From assembly GCA_963702435.1 (NCBI GenBank), contig CAVPCR010000001.1, positions 1,184,001 to 1,248,000 on the forward strand: a stretch of 64,000 nucleotides of DNA. Direction: 5' to 3'. Position numbers and translations under genes: made by a program. Positions 19,389 through 29,016 of the stretch are shown here, in pieces (position 1 is the stretch's first letter; each line of letters opens with the position of its first letter). The notes under the pieces were generated by a model. That model had not been told where the DNA came from and did no database searches. It saw only the letters and a program-made list of their open reading frames with translations. The stretch comes from Candidatus Eiseniibacteriota bacterium. Lineage in GTDB: Bacteria; Eisenbacteria; RBG-16-71-46; CAVPCR01.

Positions 19389-20914
19389 AGATCCCCGCTC
19401 TTCTCGCCGCGCTCGTGTTGTCGGGCGGGCTGGGCATCGCGCCGACCGCGCCGGCCGCGCAGGCTGCGCAGGCTGCGCCCACGCTTCCTCCTCGCGCCGG
19501 CGCCCCGACCCAGAATCGAACCTGGGAGCCGGTGCACGCGTTCGCCCTCGACCCGGTCAGCCACGACACCTACGGGCTCTCCTATCCGATCACGTACATG
19601 CTGACCATTCCCCCGGGCGCCGCCGACCTGCGAGCCTTCAAGTACGTGGAGCAGTGGGAGCCGTTGCCAACGCGTCTCTCGACCGAGGTCTTCAGCGGCG
19701 TCGAGGCCGCGCGGTTCGACTATCAGGCGGGGCAGGCCATCGTCTCGGTGTCGTTCCCGGCCGAGTCCGACGTCATCTCGATCGCGCTCTTCGATCGGTT
19801 CAACCGGCCGGTCAGCACGGCCTTCGACTCGGTCGCCCGCTATTACGACGACAGCAAGGCCGTCGTCGTCCTGACCGGAGATGACTGGCAGGAGCATGAC
19901 AATGCGGCCTTTGCCGCCGCCTGCAGCGCCTGCCGCTCCCGCAATCTGTGGTTCACGCCTGGGATCTGCACCCGCGGGATGGCCGAAACGGGATGGGGCC
20001 CTCCCGACTGGGGTCTCATCCAGCAGGAAGTCGACAGCGGCCATGTCGAACCGGCGTCCCATTCCCGCTACCACCTGTTTCCCCCGTACGACTATCCGCA
20101 GTGGGGGATTCAGTCGAGCTACGAGGACGAGATCGGCGGCAGCAGGGACGACATCCTTCAGAACCTCGTCATGCCGCCGTTGAACCGGAGGGGCGACACG
20201 GAACACCTGTACTGCTGGATCAGACCGTTCGCCCGGATCGACCCGACTGCGTGTCGGATGCTGGGGGAGTTCGGCTACCTGGCGGACCGGCAGGGTCCGT
20301 ACAGCCGCTGGTTCGCGACCTGGAATGGGACATGCGGCGTCTACCCCGTGGCCGTCACCTCCTGGATCGACACGATGACGGTGGCCGCCCCCATGAACTC
20401 CATCTTCGATTGGATCGTCCAGGAGGGCAGCATCTACTACATGCTCTGTCACCCGCGCGCCGTCGATTGGGAATCCGGTCCGGTCATCGAACATCTGGAC
20501 CATGTCGCCAACCGGCCGGACCTCTGGTACGTAGGCTTGGGCCATCTCTATGTCTATCACTATATGAAGGAGATGAATCTCATCGCGCACGTGATCCCGA
20601 CCTCTGTGGAGGGCCGGCCTGACGCGAGACGTCCGGCCGCGCCGCGGCTCCAGGTGGCGGAGCCGAACCCCTTCTCCGATCGCACCGCGATCCGCTTCGA
20701 TCTGCCGTCGAGCGGGCCCGTTCAGCTGCGGATCTACGACATCCGGGGACGACTGGTGAGACGACTCCTCGCTGAGACCAGGGAGTCGGGTTCCTACGCG
20801 ATCCCGTGGAACGGCCGCGATGACGGCGGGGCTCCGGCGGCCTCCGGCGTCTATGTCGCGAGACTGGAGGCCGGCGGGGCGATCCTCGCCCGGCGATTCG
20901 TCAAGGTGAGATGA
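19385..20914 (+). CDS. Secreted polysaccharide-deacetylase-like (NodB/CE4-fold) protein with FlgD/T9SS-type C-terminal domain
   Basis: GTG start overlapping the upstream stop, signal peptide. LTGDD, EPASHSRYH and YMLCHP motifs; C-terminal PNPFSDRTAIRF...YDIRGRLVR...WNGRD...SGVY. Confidence 0.72.
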   Translation: MKIPALLAALVLSGGLGIAPTAPAAQAAQAAPTLPPRAGAPTQNRTWEPVHAFALDPVSHDTYGLSYPITYMLTIPPGAADLRAFKYVEQWEPLPTRLSTEVFSGVEAARFDYQAGQAIVSVSFPAESDVISIALFDRFNRPVSTAFDSVARYYDDSKAVVVLTGDDWQEHDNAAFAAACSACRSRNLWFTPGICTRGMAETGWGPPDWGLIQQEVDSGHVEPASHSRYHLFPPYDYPQWGIQSSYEDEIGGSRDDILQNLVMPPLNRRGDTEHLYCWIRPFARIDPTACRMLGEFGYLADRQGPYSRWFATWNGTCGVYPVAVTSWIDTMTVAAPMNSIFDWIVQEGSIYYMLCHPRAVDWESGPVIEHLDHVANRPDLWYVGLGHLYVYHYMKEMNLIAHVIPTSVEGRPDARRPAAPRLQVAEPNPFSDRTAIRFDLPSSGPVQLRIYDIRGRLVRRLLAETRESGSYAIPWNGRDDGGAPAASGVYVARLEAGGAILARRFVKVR

Positions 20915-21032
20915 AGGCCGGTGCGGCTGCCATCAGGAGAACGCAGCGGCTCCTGCGTCGTTGCGGATGAACACGCCGAGCCAGTAGTTGCCCTGCCGCT
21001 TCCCGGCCAGCGGCTCCAGCAGATTGCTCTAG

Positions 21033-22007
21033 CTAGTACCCGCGCTCCAGATCCACGCGGTTCGGCAGCGGTTCGCCGCGGGCCGCCGCATTGAGGAGCG
21101 CCGCGAGCGCCGCCATCCGGCGCGACTCGGTCTCCACGTTGTCGCCGGCGCGGTGGGGGCTCAGGACGACGTTGTCCAGCTCGTGGAACGGGAGGCGCGC
21201 CGGCAGCGTGCCCGCGTGGGCTGCTTCGTTCTCGGGGTAACGGTACCAGACATCGAGCCCGGCGGCGCGCAGGCGCCGCGACGCGAGCGCGTCGTAGAGC
21301 GCCTCTTCGTCGACGATCGGCCCGCGACCGATGTTGACGAGAATGGCATCGGGTGGGAGGAGCGCGAGCTCGCGCGCGCCGATGAGCCCTTCCGTCTCCG
21401 GAGTGAGCGGCAGGCACACGACGAGAACCTGCGCCCGCGGGAGAAGAGTAGGCAGCGCCGAGGCCGGGTGCATCGCGATCCCTTCCGCGGTGACGGTCGC
21501 CGTCGCGCTGCGCCGCGTGGCGAGCACCTGCATCTCGAGAGCGCGGCAGGCCCGCGCCACGCGCTCCCCGATGGCGCCGAAGCCGAGGATGAGGGCCGTT
21601 CTCCCCCGGAGCTCGATCGAGTGCTGCCCCTGGTAGCGCGGCCGCCAGTCGCCGGCCCGGAGGGCGCGATCGAGCGGCACGATGGACTTGGCCGCGGCCA
21701 TGAGCAGGGCGACCGCCATCTCGGCGGTGGCCGCCGCGTTGTGGTGGAGGTTGTGCACGGCGATGTGCGGATGCGCGAGGAGGAGATCGCGGGTCTTCCG
21801 CGGCACCCCTGCCCACGGGATGACGACCGCCTCGAGCACCGCACAGCGCGCGAGGATCTCCGGCGTGATGCGGCCGGCGACGAGGATCCGGCAATCGGCC
21901 GGCGGATCCTCTCCCGCCGTGAGGCGGATGGCAGGATCGAGCGCCGTGTCGAACTCGGCGCGGAGATCCTCATCGGGGGGCTCGATCAGGTGCACTGGGA
22001 GCGACAT
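21033..22007 (-). CDS. D-isomer-specific 2-hydroxyacid dehydrogenase
   Basis: LILGFGAIG, LPLTPETEGLI, LVNIGRGPIVDEEAL, AGLDVW, VVLSPHRAG. Start taken at MSLPVH (22007). Confidence 0.93.
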   Translation of the reverse strand: MSLPVHLIEPPDEDLRAEFDTALDPAIRLTAGEDPPADCRILVAGRITPEILARCAVLEAVVIPWAGVPRKTRDLLLAHPHIAVHNLHHNAAATAEMAVALLMAAAKSIVPLDRALRAGDWRPRYQGQHSIELRGRTALILGFGAIGERVARACRALEMQVLATRRSATATVTAEGIAMHPASALPTLLPRAQVLVVCLPLTPETEGLIGARELALLPPDAILVNIGRGPIVDEEALYDALASRRLRAAGLDVWYRYPENEAAHAGTLPARLPFHELDNVVLSPHRAGDNVETESRRMAALAALLNAAARGEPLPNRVDLERGY

Positions 22008-22339
22008 GGACGGGATCATACTGGAATGACGCGCGGACGGACTGCCCGGCGATGAGATGGCCGGGCAGGAACGCCTGCGCTAGAATCGCGGCCGCCGCTG
22101 CGCCAGGACGCCCGGACGCTGGCGACATTAGAAGCCTTGATCGGACAGCTCTATCCGGTGATCATGTTGGCCTGGCTGGTCTCGCTCCATGTCATGCACG
22201 AGTCCAGATGAGTGGAACGATCACGGCGCGATGCCATGGAGCCGGCGAGACGAGCGCAGTGTAGAATGACGGCCGATCCCTTCCCCCGACCGAGACCAGA
22301 GCCCAGGGCCCCGAGCCCAGAGCCCATCGGAGGTGCCTC

Positions 22340-23065
22340 ATGACCGACAGCCATCACGATGATGCCGACCCGCAGATCACGCGCCGCGAGTTCCTTGCCG
22401 CCGCGGGCGTTGCCGCGGCCGGCGTCGCCGCCGCCGCGGTGACCGGTTTCCCGCACATCGCACGCGCGGCTTCCCCCATCACGTTGCCCCCGCTGCCCTA
22501 TGCGGACGACGCGCTCGCGCCGGTGATCTCGGCCAACACGATCGGCTTCCACCACGGCAAGCACCACAAGGCCTACGTCGACAACCTGAACAAGCTCGTC
22601 GCCGGCACCCCGATGGCCGACATGTCGCTCGAGAAGATCGTGAGCGCAAGCTCCGGGCAGGCCGAGCGCACCGCGATCTTCAACAATGCAGCGCAGGTAT
22701 GGAATCACACCTTCTACTGGTCGAGCCTCAAACCCGCGGGCGGCGGTGAGCCGCCGGCCGCGCTCAAGGAGCGCATCGTGACGGCGTTCGGCAGCGTTGA
22801 CGCGTGCAGGAAGGCGCTCGCCGAGGCAGCGACCGGCCAGTTCGGAAGCGGCTGGGCGTGGCTCGTCGCGGACGGCGGCACGCTCAAGGTCGTGAAGACG
22901 GCGAACGCGGACAATCCGACGACCCAGGGCTTGAAGCCGCTCCTCACGATCGACGTCTGGGAGCACGCTTACTACCTGGACTACCAGAACCGACGCGTCG
23001 AGTACGTGAACGCGGTCCTCGACAAGCTCGTGAACTGGGAGTTCGCCGCGGCGAACCTCGGCTGA
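22340..23065 (+). CDS. sodB: Fe-type superoxide dismutase with twin-arginine signal peptide
   Basis: [11 protein letters not shown]at motif. [26 protein letters not shown] (Fe-type AAQ), [16 protein letters not shown]. Confidence 0.93.
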   Translation: MTDSHHDDADPQITRREFLAAAGVAAAGVAAAAVTGFPHIARAASPITLPPLPYADDALAPVISANTIGFHHGKHHKAYVDNLNKLVAGTPMADMSLEKIVSASSGQAERTAIFNNAAQVWNHTFYWSSLKPAGGGEPPAALKERIVTAFGSVDACRKALAEAATGQFGSGWAWLVADGGTLKVVKTANADNPTTQGLKPLLTIDVWEHAYYLDYQNRRVEYVNAVLDKLVNWEFAAANLG

Positions 23066-23193
23066 GATCGCGGCCGCCCCACGGGACGTCGGCACCATCG
23101 GGCGCTCGACGCGGGGAGGGATTCACCGCCACGGCATGCTCCGGATCATGCCAGCCATGCCGGCCACGGTGACCACCGGAAACGGAGACGACA

Positions 23194-23697
23194 ATGGGAA
23201 CGAGAGGTCGTGAGATCGTCGGTATGGACGTCGAGCAGCTCCTCGAGCTGCTCAACCAGGCCTATGCGAGCGAGTGGCTCGCCTACTACCAGTACTGGCT
23301 CGGCGCGAAGCTCATCAAGGGCCCGATGAAGGATGCAGTGGCCGCCGAGCTCAACCTGCATGCGACCGAGGAGCTGAACCATGCGGCCCTGGTCGCGAAC
23401 CGCATCATCCAGATCGGCGGCACGCCCGTGCTCACACCCGAGGCCTGGGGGAAGATCAGCCCGTGCGCTTACGACGCACCGGCGGACCCCTACGTGGCTG
23501 CCCTGCTCGACCAGAACATCGCGGGCGAGCAGTGCGCGATCTCCGCGTACAAGGGTCTGATGGACGCGACCAAGGACAAGGACATGGTGACGTATAACAT
23601 GGCGCTCACCATCCTCGAGCAGGAGGTCGAGCACGAGGAGGATCTGCAGAGTCTGCGGGAGGATCTCGATCTCATGGTGCTGCGCGGAAGCAAGTAG
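23194..23697 (+). CDS. DPS-like (DPSL/thioferritin-type) ferritin-family protein
   Basis: EWLAYYQYW, EELNHA, RIIQIGGTP, Cys pair (SPCAYD and EQCAI), EVEHEEDL. Confidence 0.88.
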   Translation: MGTRGREIVGMDVEQLLELLNQAYASEWLAYYQYWLGAKLIKGPMKDAVAAELNLHATEELNHAALVANRIIQIGGTPVLTPEAWGKISPCAYDAPADPYVAALLDQNIAGEQCAISAYKGLMDATKDKDMVTYNMALTILEQEVEHEEDLQSLREDLDLMVLRGSK

Positions 23698-23767
23698 GCC
23701 CCGCCGGCTCCCGGTCAGAAGGAGAGCACACCTTGTCCCTCGGGCCCGGCGGGTCCACACTGGCCCC

Positions 23768-25075
23768 ATGTCCGGGTGTCGGGTCGTCGTCATCGGAGGC
23801 GGAGCCGCCGGCCTCGTGGCCGCCGGGGAGGCTGCGTGCGCCGGGGCTCAGGTCACGCTCTGCGAGAAGATGCCGCGTCCCGCGCGCAAGCTCGCGATCA
23901 CCGGCAAGGGCCGCTGCAATCTCACCAACATCGCGCCGGTTCCGGAGTTCATCGCGCACTTCGGTCCGGGCGGCGTCTTCCTGCGGCAGGCCTTCGCGCG
24001 CTTCTTCTCCGAGGACCTGACCGCCTTCCTTGAGGGGCTGGGCGTCCGCCTCGTCACCGAGCGCGGCGGGCGCGTCTTTCCGGCGAGCGAGCAAGCGCGG
24101 GATGTCGTGGATGCCCTGGTCGGCTGGGTGCGCGCGGGCGGCGTGATGGTGCGCACGCGGTGCCCGGTGGCGGCGCTCGACCTCGCGGCGGGGCGCGTCC
24201 AGGGCGTGCGGCTCGCCGGTGGCGGCGCCGCCGGCGGGGAGGGCGCGATCCCCGCCGACGCGGTCATCGTCGCGACCGGCGGCGCCTCCTACCCGGCCAC
24301 CGGCTCGACGGGCGACGGCTACCGCCTCGCCCGCGTCGCCGGACACACGATCGTCCCGATCCGCCCGTCGCTCGTCCCGCTCGAGACGGCGGGGAATGTC
24401 GCCGCCCGGCTCCAGGGCTTGAGCCTCCGCAACGTCACCGCGCGCGTCCTCGGCGATGGCCGGGTGCGGGCCGAGGCGTTCGGCGAGATGCTCTTCGCCC
24501 ATTTCGGCCTCTCGGGACCTATCATCCTCGGGCTTAGCCGCACCGCGGTCGATTTCTTGGCCGAGAAGCAGCGCGTCGAGATCGCGATCGATCTCAAGCC
24601 CGCGCTCGACGAGGCGAAGCTCGACGAGCGGATCCGGCGCGATATCCAGGAGCACGGGCGGCGCTCCTTCCGGGCGCTCCTCGGGGAGCTGCTCCCGCGG
24701 AAGCTCATCCCGATCTGCATCGAGCTCACCGGCATCGAGCCCGAGAAACCGGGCCATCAGCTCGGCGCCGGCGAGCGCGCGCGGCTTCGCACCTGGCTCA
24801 AGGACTTCCGCTTCCAGGTGACCGCACATCGGCCCTGGGCGGAGGCGATCGTCACCGCGGGCGGCGTCGACACGCGCGAGATCGATCCGCGCACGATGCA
24901 GTCGCGCTTCGTCAGCGGCCTCTACTTCGCCGGCGAGGTGCTGGATCTCGACGGCGACACCGGCGGCTACAATCTGCAGGCGGCGTTCTCGACCGGATGG
25001 GTCGCGGGCCGGGCGGCCGCGAGCAAGGGCGCTAGCAAGGGCGCTAGCAAGGGCGCGAGTACGTCCGGGTCATGA
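23768..25075 (+). CDS. HI0933/YhiN (BaiN-like) FAD-dependent oxidoreductase
   Basis: VIGGGAAG, KLAITGKGRCNLTN, ATGGASYPATGSTGDGY, VTAGGV, LYFAGEVLDLDGDTGGYNLQAAFSTG. Confidence 0.95.
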   Translation: MSGCRVVVIGGGAAGLVAAGEAACAGAQVTLCEKMPRPARKLAITGKGRCNLTNIAPVPEFIAHFGPGGVFLRQAFARFFSEDLTAFLEGLGVRLVTERGGRVFPASEQARDVVDALVGWVRAGGVMVRTRCPVAALDLAAGRVQGVRLAGGGAAGGEGAIPADAVIVATGGASYPATGSTGDGYRLARVAGHTIVPIRPSLVPLETAGNVAARLQGLSLRNVTARVLGDGRVRAEAFGEMLFAHFGLSGPIILGLSRTAVDFLAEKQRVEIAIDLKPALDEAKLDERIRRDIQEHGRRSFRALLGELLPRKLIPICIELTGIEPEKPGHQLGAGERARLRTWLKDFRFQVTAHRPWAEAIVTAGGVDTREIDPRTMQSRFVSGLYFAGEVLDLDGDTGGYNLQAAFSTGWVAGRAAASKGASKGASKGASTSGS

Positions 25076-26269
25076 CCCCCGTTGCTCGTGTGCCGGCTTC
25101 GTATGACGGAAGGCCTTCAAGAGGAGCAGGTCGTACGCGATCTTCAAGCCACCAGCCAGGATCAATGGGGACGCCATCAGCGCGGGGATGCCGATGAGCA
25201 TCCCGGCCAGGGCTGGTGAGAACGAGTTGCCGACGCTGCGCGCGATGTTCGTCACGCCGCCCGCCGCCGACCGTTCGTCCGGTTCGACGACGGCCAGGGT
25301 GTAGGCCTGCCGCGTGGGAATGTCCATCGACGACACGGATGCGCGGAGCAGGAGCAAGGCCAGGGCCCAGCCGGCCTGGGGAGCGAAGGCCACGAGGATG
25401 AGCAGGCAGTTGGCAGGCAGGTGGGTGAACACCATCGTGTGGATCAGCCCGAACCGGTCGGCGAGCTTCGCCGCGACCAATCCCGAGAATCCGGCCAGCA
25501 GCTCCGCCACGAAGAAGTAGCCGCCGATCAACTCCGGCCGCAGACCGAAGCGCAGGGACAGCCACAACGCCAAGAGGCTCTGCAAGACCAGGCCGCCCGC
25601 GAATGAATCGAGGGCGAACAGGCAGGAGAGGCGGAACACGATCCCGCGCGACCGGTGGAGGCCCAGTCGCGATCCGGTGACGCGGGTAGCCGCCTCCACG
25701 CCTGCCGGCAGCAACGAGGCGAATGCGATGAGCACGAGACCGACGACGCCGTAGCCGATGACGATCCAGGAGTAACCGAGCGCTTCTGTGCCGAAGCGCT
25801 GCCGCGCGTACCACGTGGCAGCGCCCACCAGGAGCGCGCCGAGCCCGCCGCTCAGGAAACCCACCAGGTTGTAATACGCGAGAATCCGCGTCCGCGCCGC
25901 GGCCGGTATCCGCTCTGCGATCCCGGCCTGCTCGACCGGGAGGAACGGCCCCACCTCGCGCCCGTTGGCGCTGAAGACGGCGACCACGGCCAGGGCGCAC
26001 AGCGCGACGAACGAGTGCAGGAACAGGAAACCCGCCGCCGCCAGCACCATGAGGACCGCACCCGTGGCCAGCACCTTCCGCCGCCCGACGCGGTCCGCCA
26101 CCAGCGTCAATCCCAGCGAAATCGCCGCGTCGCCCAGCATCGCGCCGGTGATCAGCATCCCGATCTGCCGCGTGCTGAATCCGCGCGATGCGAGGTACAG
26201 GCCTAGGCACACGGCCAGGGCGCCATTTGCCAGCATGCGAGCAGCGCGCCCCGCAAAGAGCAGCGTCAA
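25070..26269 (-). CDS. MFS transporter (start uncertain)
   Basis: About 12 TM segments, motif A ADRVGRRK and LADRFG, MDIPTRQAY. Confidence 0.88.
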   Translation of the reverse strand: MTLLFAGRAARMLANGALAVCLGLYLASRGFSTRQIGMLITGAMLGDAAISLGLTLVADRVGRRKVLATGAVLMVLAAAGFLFLHSFVALCALAVVAVFSANGREVGPFLPVEQAGIAERIPAAARTRILAYYNLVGFLSGGLGALLVGAATWYARQRFGTEALGYSWIVIGYGVVGLVLIAFASLLPAGVEAATRVTGSRLGLHRSRGIVFRLSCLFALDSFAGGLVLQSLLALWLSLRFGLRPELIGGYFFVAELLAGFSGLVAAKLADRFGLIHTMVFTHLPANCLLILVAFAPQAGWALALLLLRASVSSMDIPTRQAYTLAVVEPDERSAAGGVTNIARSVGNSFSPALAGMLIGIPALMASPLILAGGLKIAYDLLLLKAFRHTKPAHEQRGS

Positions 26270-26308
26270 TAGACGGCGGTCCGACCGAGTGATGACGAAT
26301 CCCCCCGC

Positions 26309-26752
26309 TCAGCCCGTGGCCGACTCCACGGTCCACTTGCACCAGGCGTAGAGAGCGTCGTACAGCGGGAATTCGAGCGCCATCTTCGTGGCGTCGTCCG
26401 CACCGTGAATCAGCGCGAATCCGGTCGCAATCGCCTTCAGGCCCGCGCCCTGCGGCGAGGACTCCACGTCCTCCGCAACGTCTGCCGCATGCACGATCTT
26501 CGCGAGCGCGTGCAGGGCCGGGTCGGTCAGGTCGTACTTGAGCAGCATGCTCTCGAACGAGCACCGCCCATCCACATGCCCCAGCTCGACGGCGGGCACG
26601 TCATACGGAATGGCGCCGCTCGCCGCCGCGACCTGCATGACACGATCGGCAGGGACGAAGAGGAAGTCCGCCTGCGGGTCGACGAACCGAGAAATCAACC
26701 AGGGGCAGGCGATCCGATCGACCTTGGCGTTGGCGCGCGTGACGAACTGCAT
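26309..26752 (-). CDS. Chromate-resistance ChrB C-terminal-domain protein (ChrF-like)
   Basis: MQFVTRANAKVDRIACPWLISRFVDPQADFLFV, CSFE, LAKIVHAAD, GLKAI, LYDALYAWC. Confidence 0.85.
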   Translation of the reverse strand: MQFVTRANAKVDRIACPWLISRFVDPQADFLFVPADRVMQVAAASGAIPYDVPAVELGHVDGRCSFESMLLKYDLTDPALHALAKIVHAADVAEDVESSPQGAGLKAIATGFALIHGADDATKMALEFPLYDALYAWCKWTVESATG

Positions 26753-27051
26753 GACGATCCACTCCTGGGAATGGAGAGGCGGCAGGCCCTCCCTGGACGA
26801 TTCGCCGTCGGCTGCGCTGAGCGAGTCTACCAGCTCCAGGGTACGGCGGCCGCGGCCGGGCGAGGTGCGGCTCGCCATGACCACGGCGGCAGTTGAATGC
26901 TAGACTCGGCGAGACGGGAGAAGGCGGCGGGAGCAGGAAGGCCCGGTGGATCTTGGCGCCAAGCGCGGTCGCAGAGGCCGATGCAGATGCCGATGCCGAC
27001 CCCGAGTCGCGCGCGGTCCAGACGGGGAGAAGCGAGGAGATCAGCGATTTC

Positions 27052-28869
27052 ATGGCGCTCGTCAGCCTCAACAACGTGAGCATCGCCTTCGCCGGGCCTC
27101 CCCTCCTCGATTCCGCGAGTCTCCAGATCGAGGATGGCGAGCGGCTCGGACTCCTGGGCCGCAACGGCGCCGGCAAGTCAACGCTCCTCAGGATCCTCGA
27201 GGGCACTGTCGAGCCCGACTCCGGCGACGTGATCCGGCAGCCCGGACTCAGCGTGGCGAGCCTGCAACAGGATGTGCCCCTCGATCTCACGGGGACGGTC
27301 CGCGCGTACCTGCACGATGTCTGCGGCGCGACCAGGAGCGACACCGCATGGGAGATCGAGACGCGGATCGAGCGGGCCGCGCGCGACCTGACCCTGGACC
27401 TGGACGCCGCCTTCGAGACGCTGTCGGCCGGCTCCAAGCGGCGCGTCCTGCTCGCGGCGGCCCTCGTCCGCGATCCCGATCTCCTGATCCTCGACGAGCC
27501 GACCAACCATCTCGACATCGACGCGATCAGCCACCTCGAGGAGACCCTTGAACACCGGCGGGGCGCGCTGGTCTTCGTCACCCACGATCGCACCTTTCTC
27601 CGGAACCTCACCACGCGCATCCTCGACCTGGACCGCGGCGTGCTCCGCAGTTACCGCGCCACCTACGACGCCTATCTCGAGAAACGGGAAGAGGAGCTGC
27701 GCGTCGAGGCAGCGCAGGACGCGCTCTTCGACAAGAAGCTGGCGCAGGAGGAAGCGTGGGTGCGGCAGGGAATCAAGGCGCGGCGCACGCGGAACGAGGG
27801 CCGGGTGCGCGCCCTCGAGTCCCTGCGCGCCGAGCGCCGGGCGCGTCGCGATGAGGTCGGGCGCGTGAAGGCGCAGCTCAACGAGGCGGAGCGATCGGGA
27901 CGCGTGGTGCTGCGTTGCCGCGATCTCGGGCACGCGTACGACGGCGGCGCCGGCGGGCCGATCGTGCGCGCATTGACCTGGACCATGATGCGCGGGGATC
28001 GCGTCGGCATCCTCGGACCGAACGGGTGCGGCAAGACGACGCTCATCGGCCTCCTCCTCGGCGATGTGCCGCCGGGGGAAGGCACAGTCGTCGCGGGCAC
28101 CAAACTCGAGGTCGCGCACTTCGAGCAGCTCGACGAGGGCCTCGATGATGCGAAGACCGTTTTCGAGAACGTCGCCGAGGGGCGCGCGGTGATCAGACTG
28201 GCGCGCAGCGAACGCCACGTGGTGGGCTACCTGCGCGACTTTCTCTTCACGCCGGGCCAGATCATGGGCCCTGTCCTCAAGCTCTCCGGCGGCGAGCGCA
28301 AGCGGCTCCGGCTCGCGAAGATCCTCGCCCGTCCGTGCAATCTCCTCGTCCTCGACGAACCGACGAACGACCTCGATCTCGAGACGCTCGAGCTGCTCGA
28401 GGATCTGCTGCTCGAGTTCCAGGGCACCTTGCTGGTCGTCTCGCACGACCGGGCGTTCCTCGATAACGTCGTCACCTCGACGCTGGTCTGGGAGGGCGAC
28501 GGCCTCTGGGGCGAGTACGTCGGCGGCTACGAGGACTGGCTCCGGCAGAAGAGATCCGCCGCCGCGCCGCCGCCGGTCGCCAAGCCGGCCAAGCCGGCCA
28601 AGCCGACGCCGGCACGAGCCGCGGCGCGACCTCGACCCTTCGGCTTCAAGGAAAAGCGTGAGCTGGGCGAGCTGCCGGGGAGAATCGAGCGCCTCGAGGC
28701 CGAAAGGGAGAACCTCTATACGCTCCTGGCGTCACCGGACTTCTACGCGACGCGAGGGAACGAGGTCGCGCCGACGAAACAGCAGCTTGCCTTGGTCGAA
28801 AACGACATTCAGAAGGCTTATGCGCGGTGGATGGAGCTGGAGATGCTCATGGCCGGCGATGAGGAGTGA
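27052..28869 (+). CDS. uup: ABC-F family ATPase, Uup-like
   Basis: Two NBDs (GRNGAGKST, GPNGCGKTT), linker WVRQGIKARRTRNEGRVRAL, C-terminal coiled coil ...YARWMELE. Confidence 0.9.
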   Translation: MALVSLNNVSIAFAGPPLLDSASLQIEDGERLGLLGRNGAGKSTLLRILEGTVEPDSGDVIRQPGLSVASLQQDVPLDLTGTVRAYLHDVCGATRSDTAWEIETRIERAARDLTLDLDAAFETLSAGSKRRVLLAAALVRDPDLLILDEPTNHLDIDAISHLEETLEHRRGALVFVTHDRTFLRNLTTRILDLDRGVLRSYRATYDAYLEKREEELRVEAAQDALFDKKLAQEEAWVRQGIKARRTRNEGRVRALESLRAERRARRDEVGRVKAQLNEAERSGRVVLRCRDLGHAYDGGAGGPIVRALTWTMMRGDRVGILGPNGCGKTTLIGLLLGDVPPGEGTVVAGTKLEVAHFEQLDEGLDDAKTVFENVAEGRAVIRLARSERHVVGYLRDFLFTPGQIMGPVLKLSGGERKRLRLAKILARPCNLLVLDEPTNDLDLETLELLEDLLLEFQGTLLVVSHDRAFLDNVVTSTLVWEGDGLWGEYVGGYEDWLRQKRSAAAPPPVAKPAKPAKPTPARAAARPRPFGFKEKRELGELPGRIERLEAERENLYTLLASPDFYATRGNEVAPTKQQLALVENDIQKAYARWMELEMLMAGDEE

Positions 28870-29016
28870 TTGGCGATCGCGTTGCTCGGGCGGAGCTCGC
28901 GGCCCGAGCGGACACGACAGCGGCGCGGGCCGACCGCTCGGCGAGGCGGGGCCCCGCGTCCCCGCGCCGCGTGCCCACGCCCCCGCGACGCGCCCCCCGC
29001 GCCCCCGCGCCGCCTG

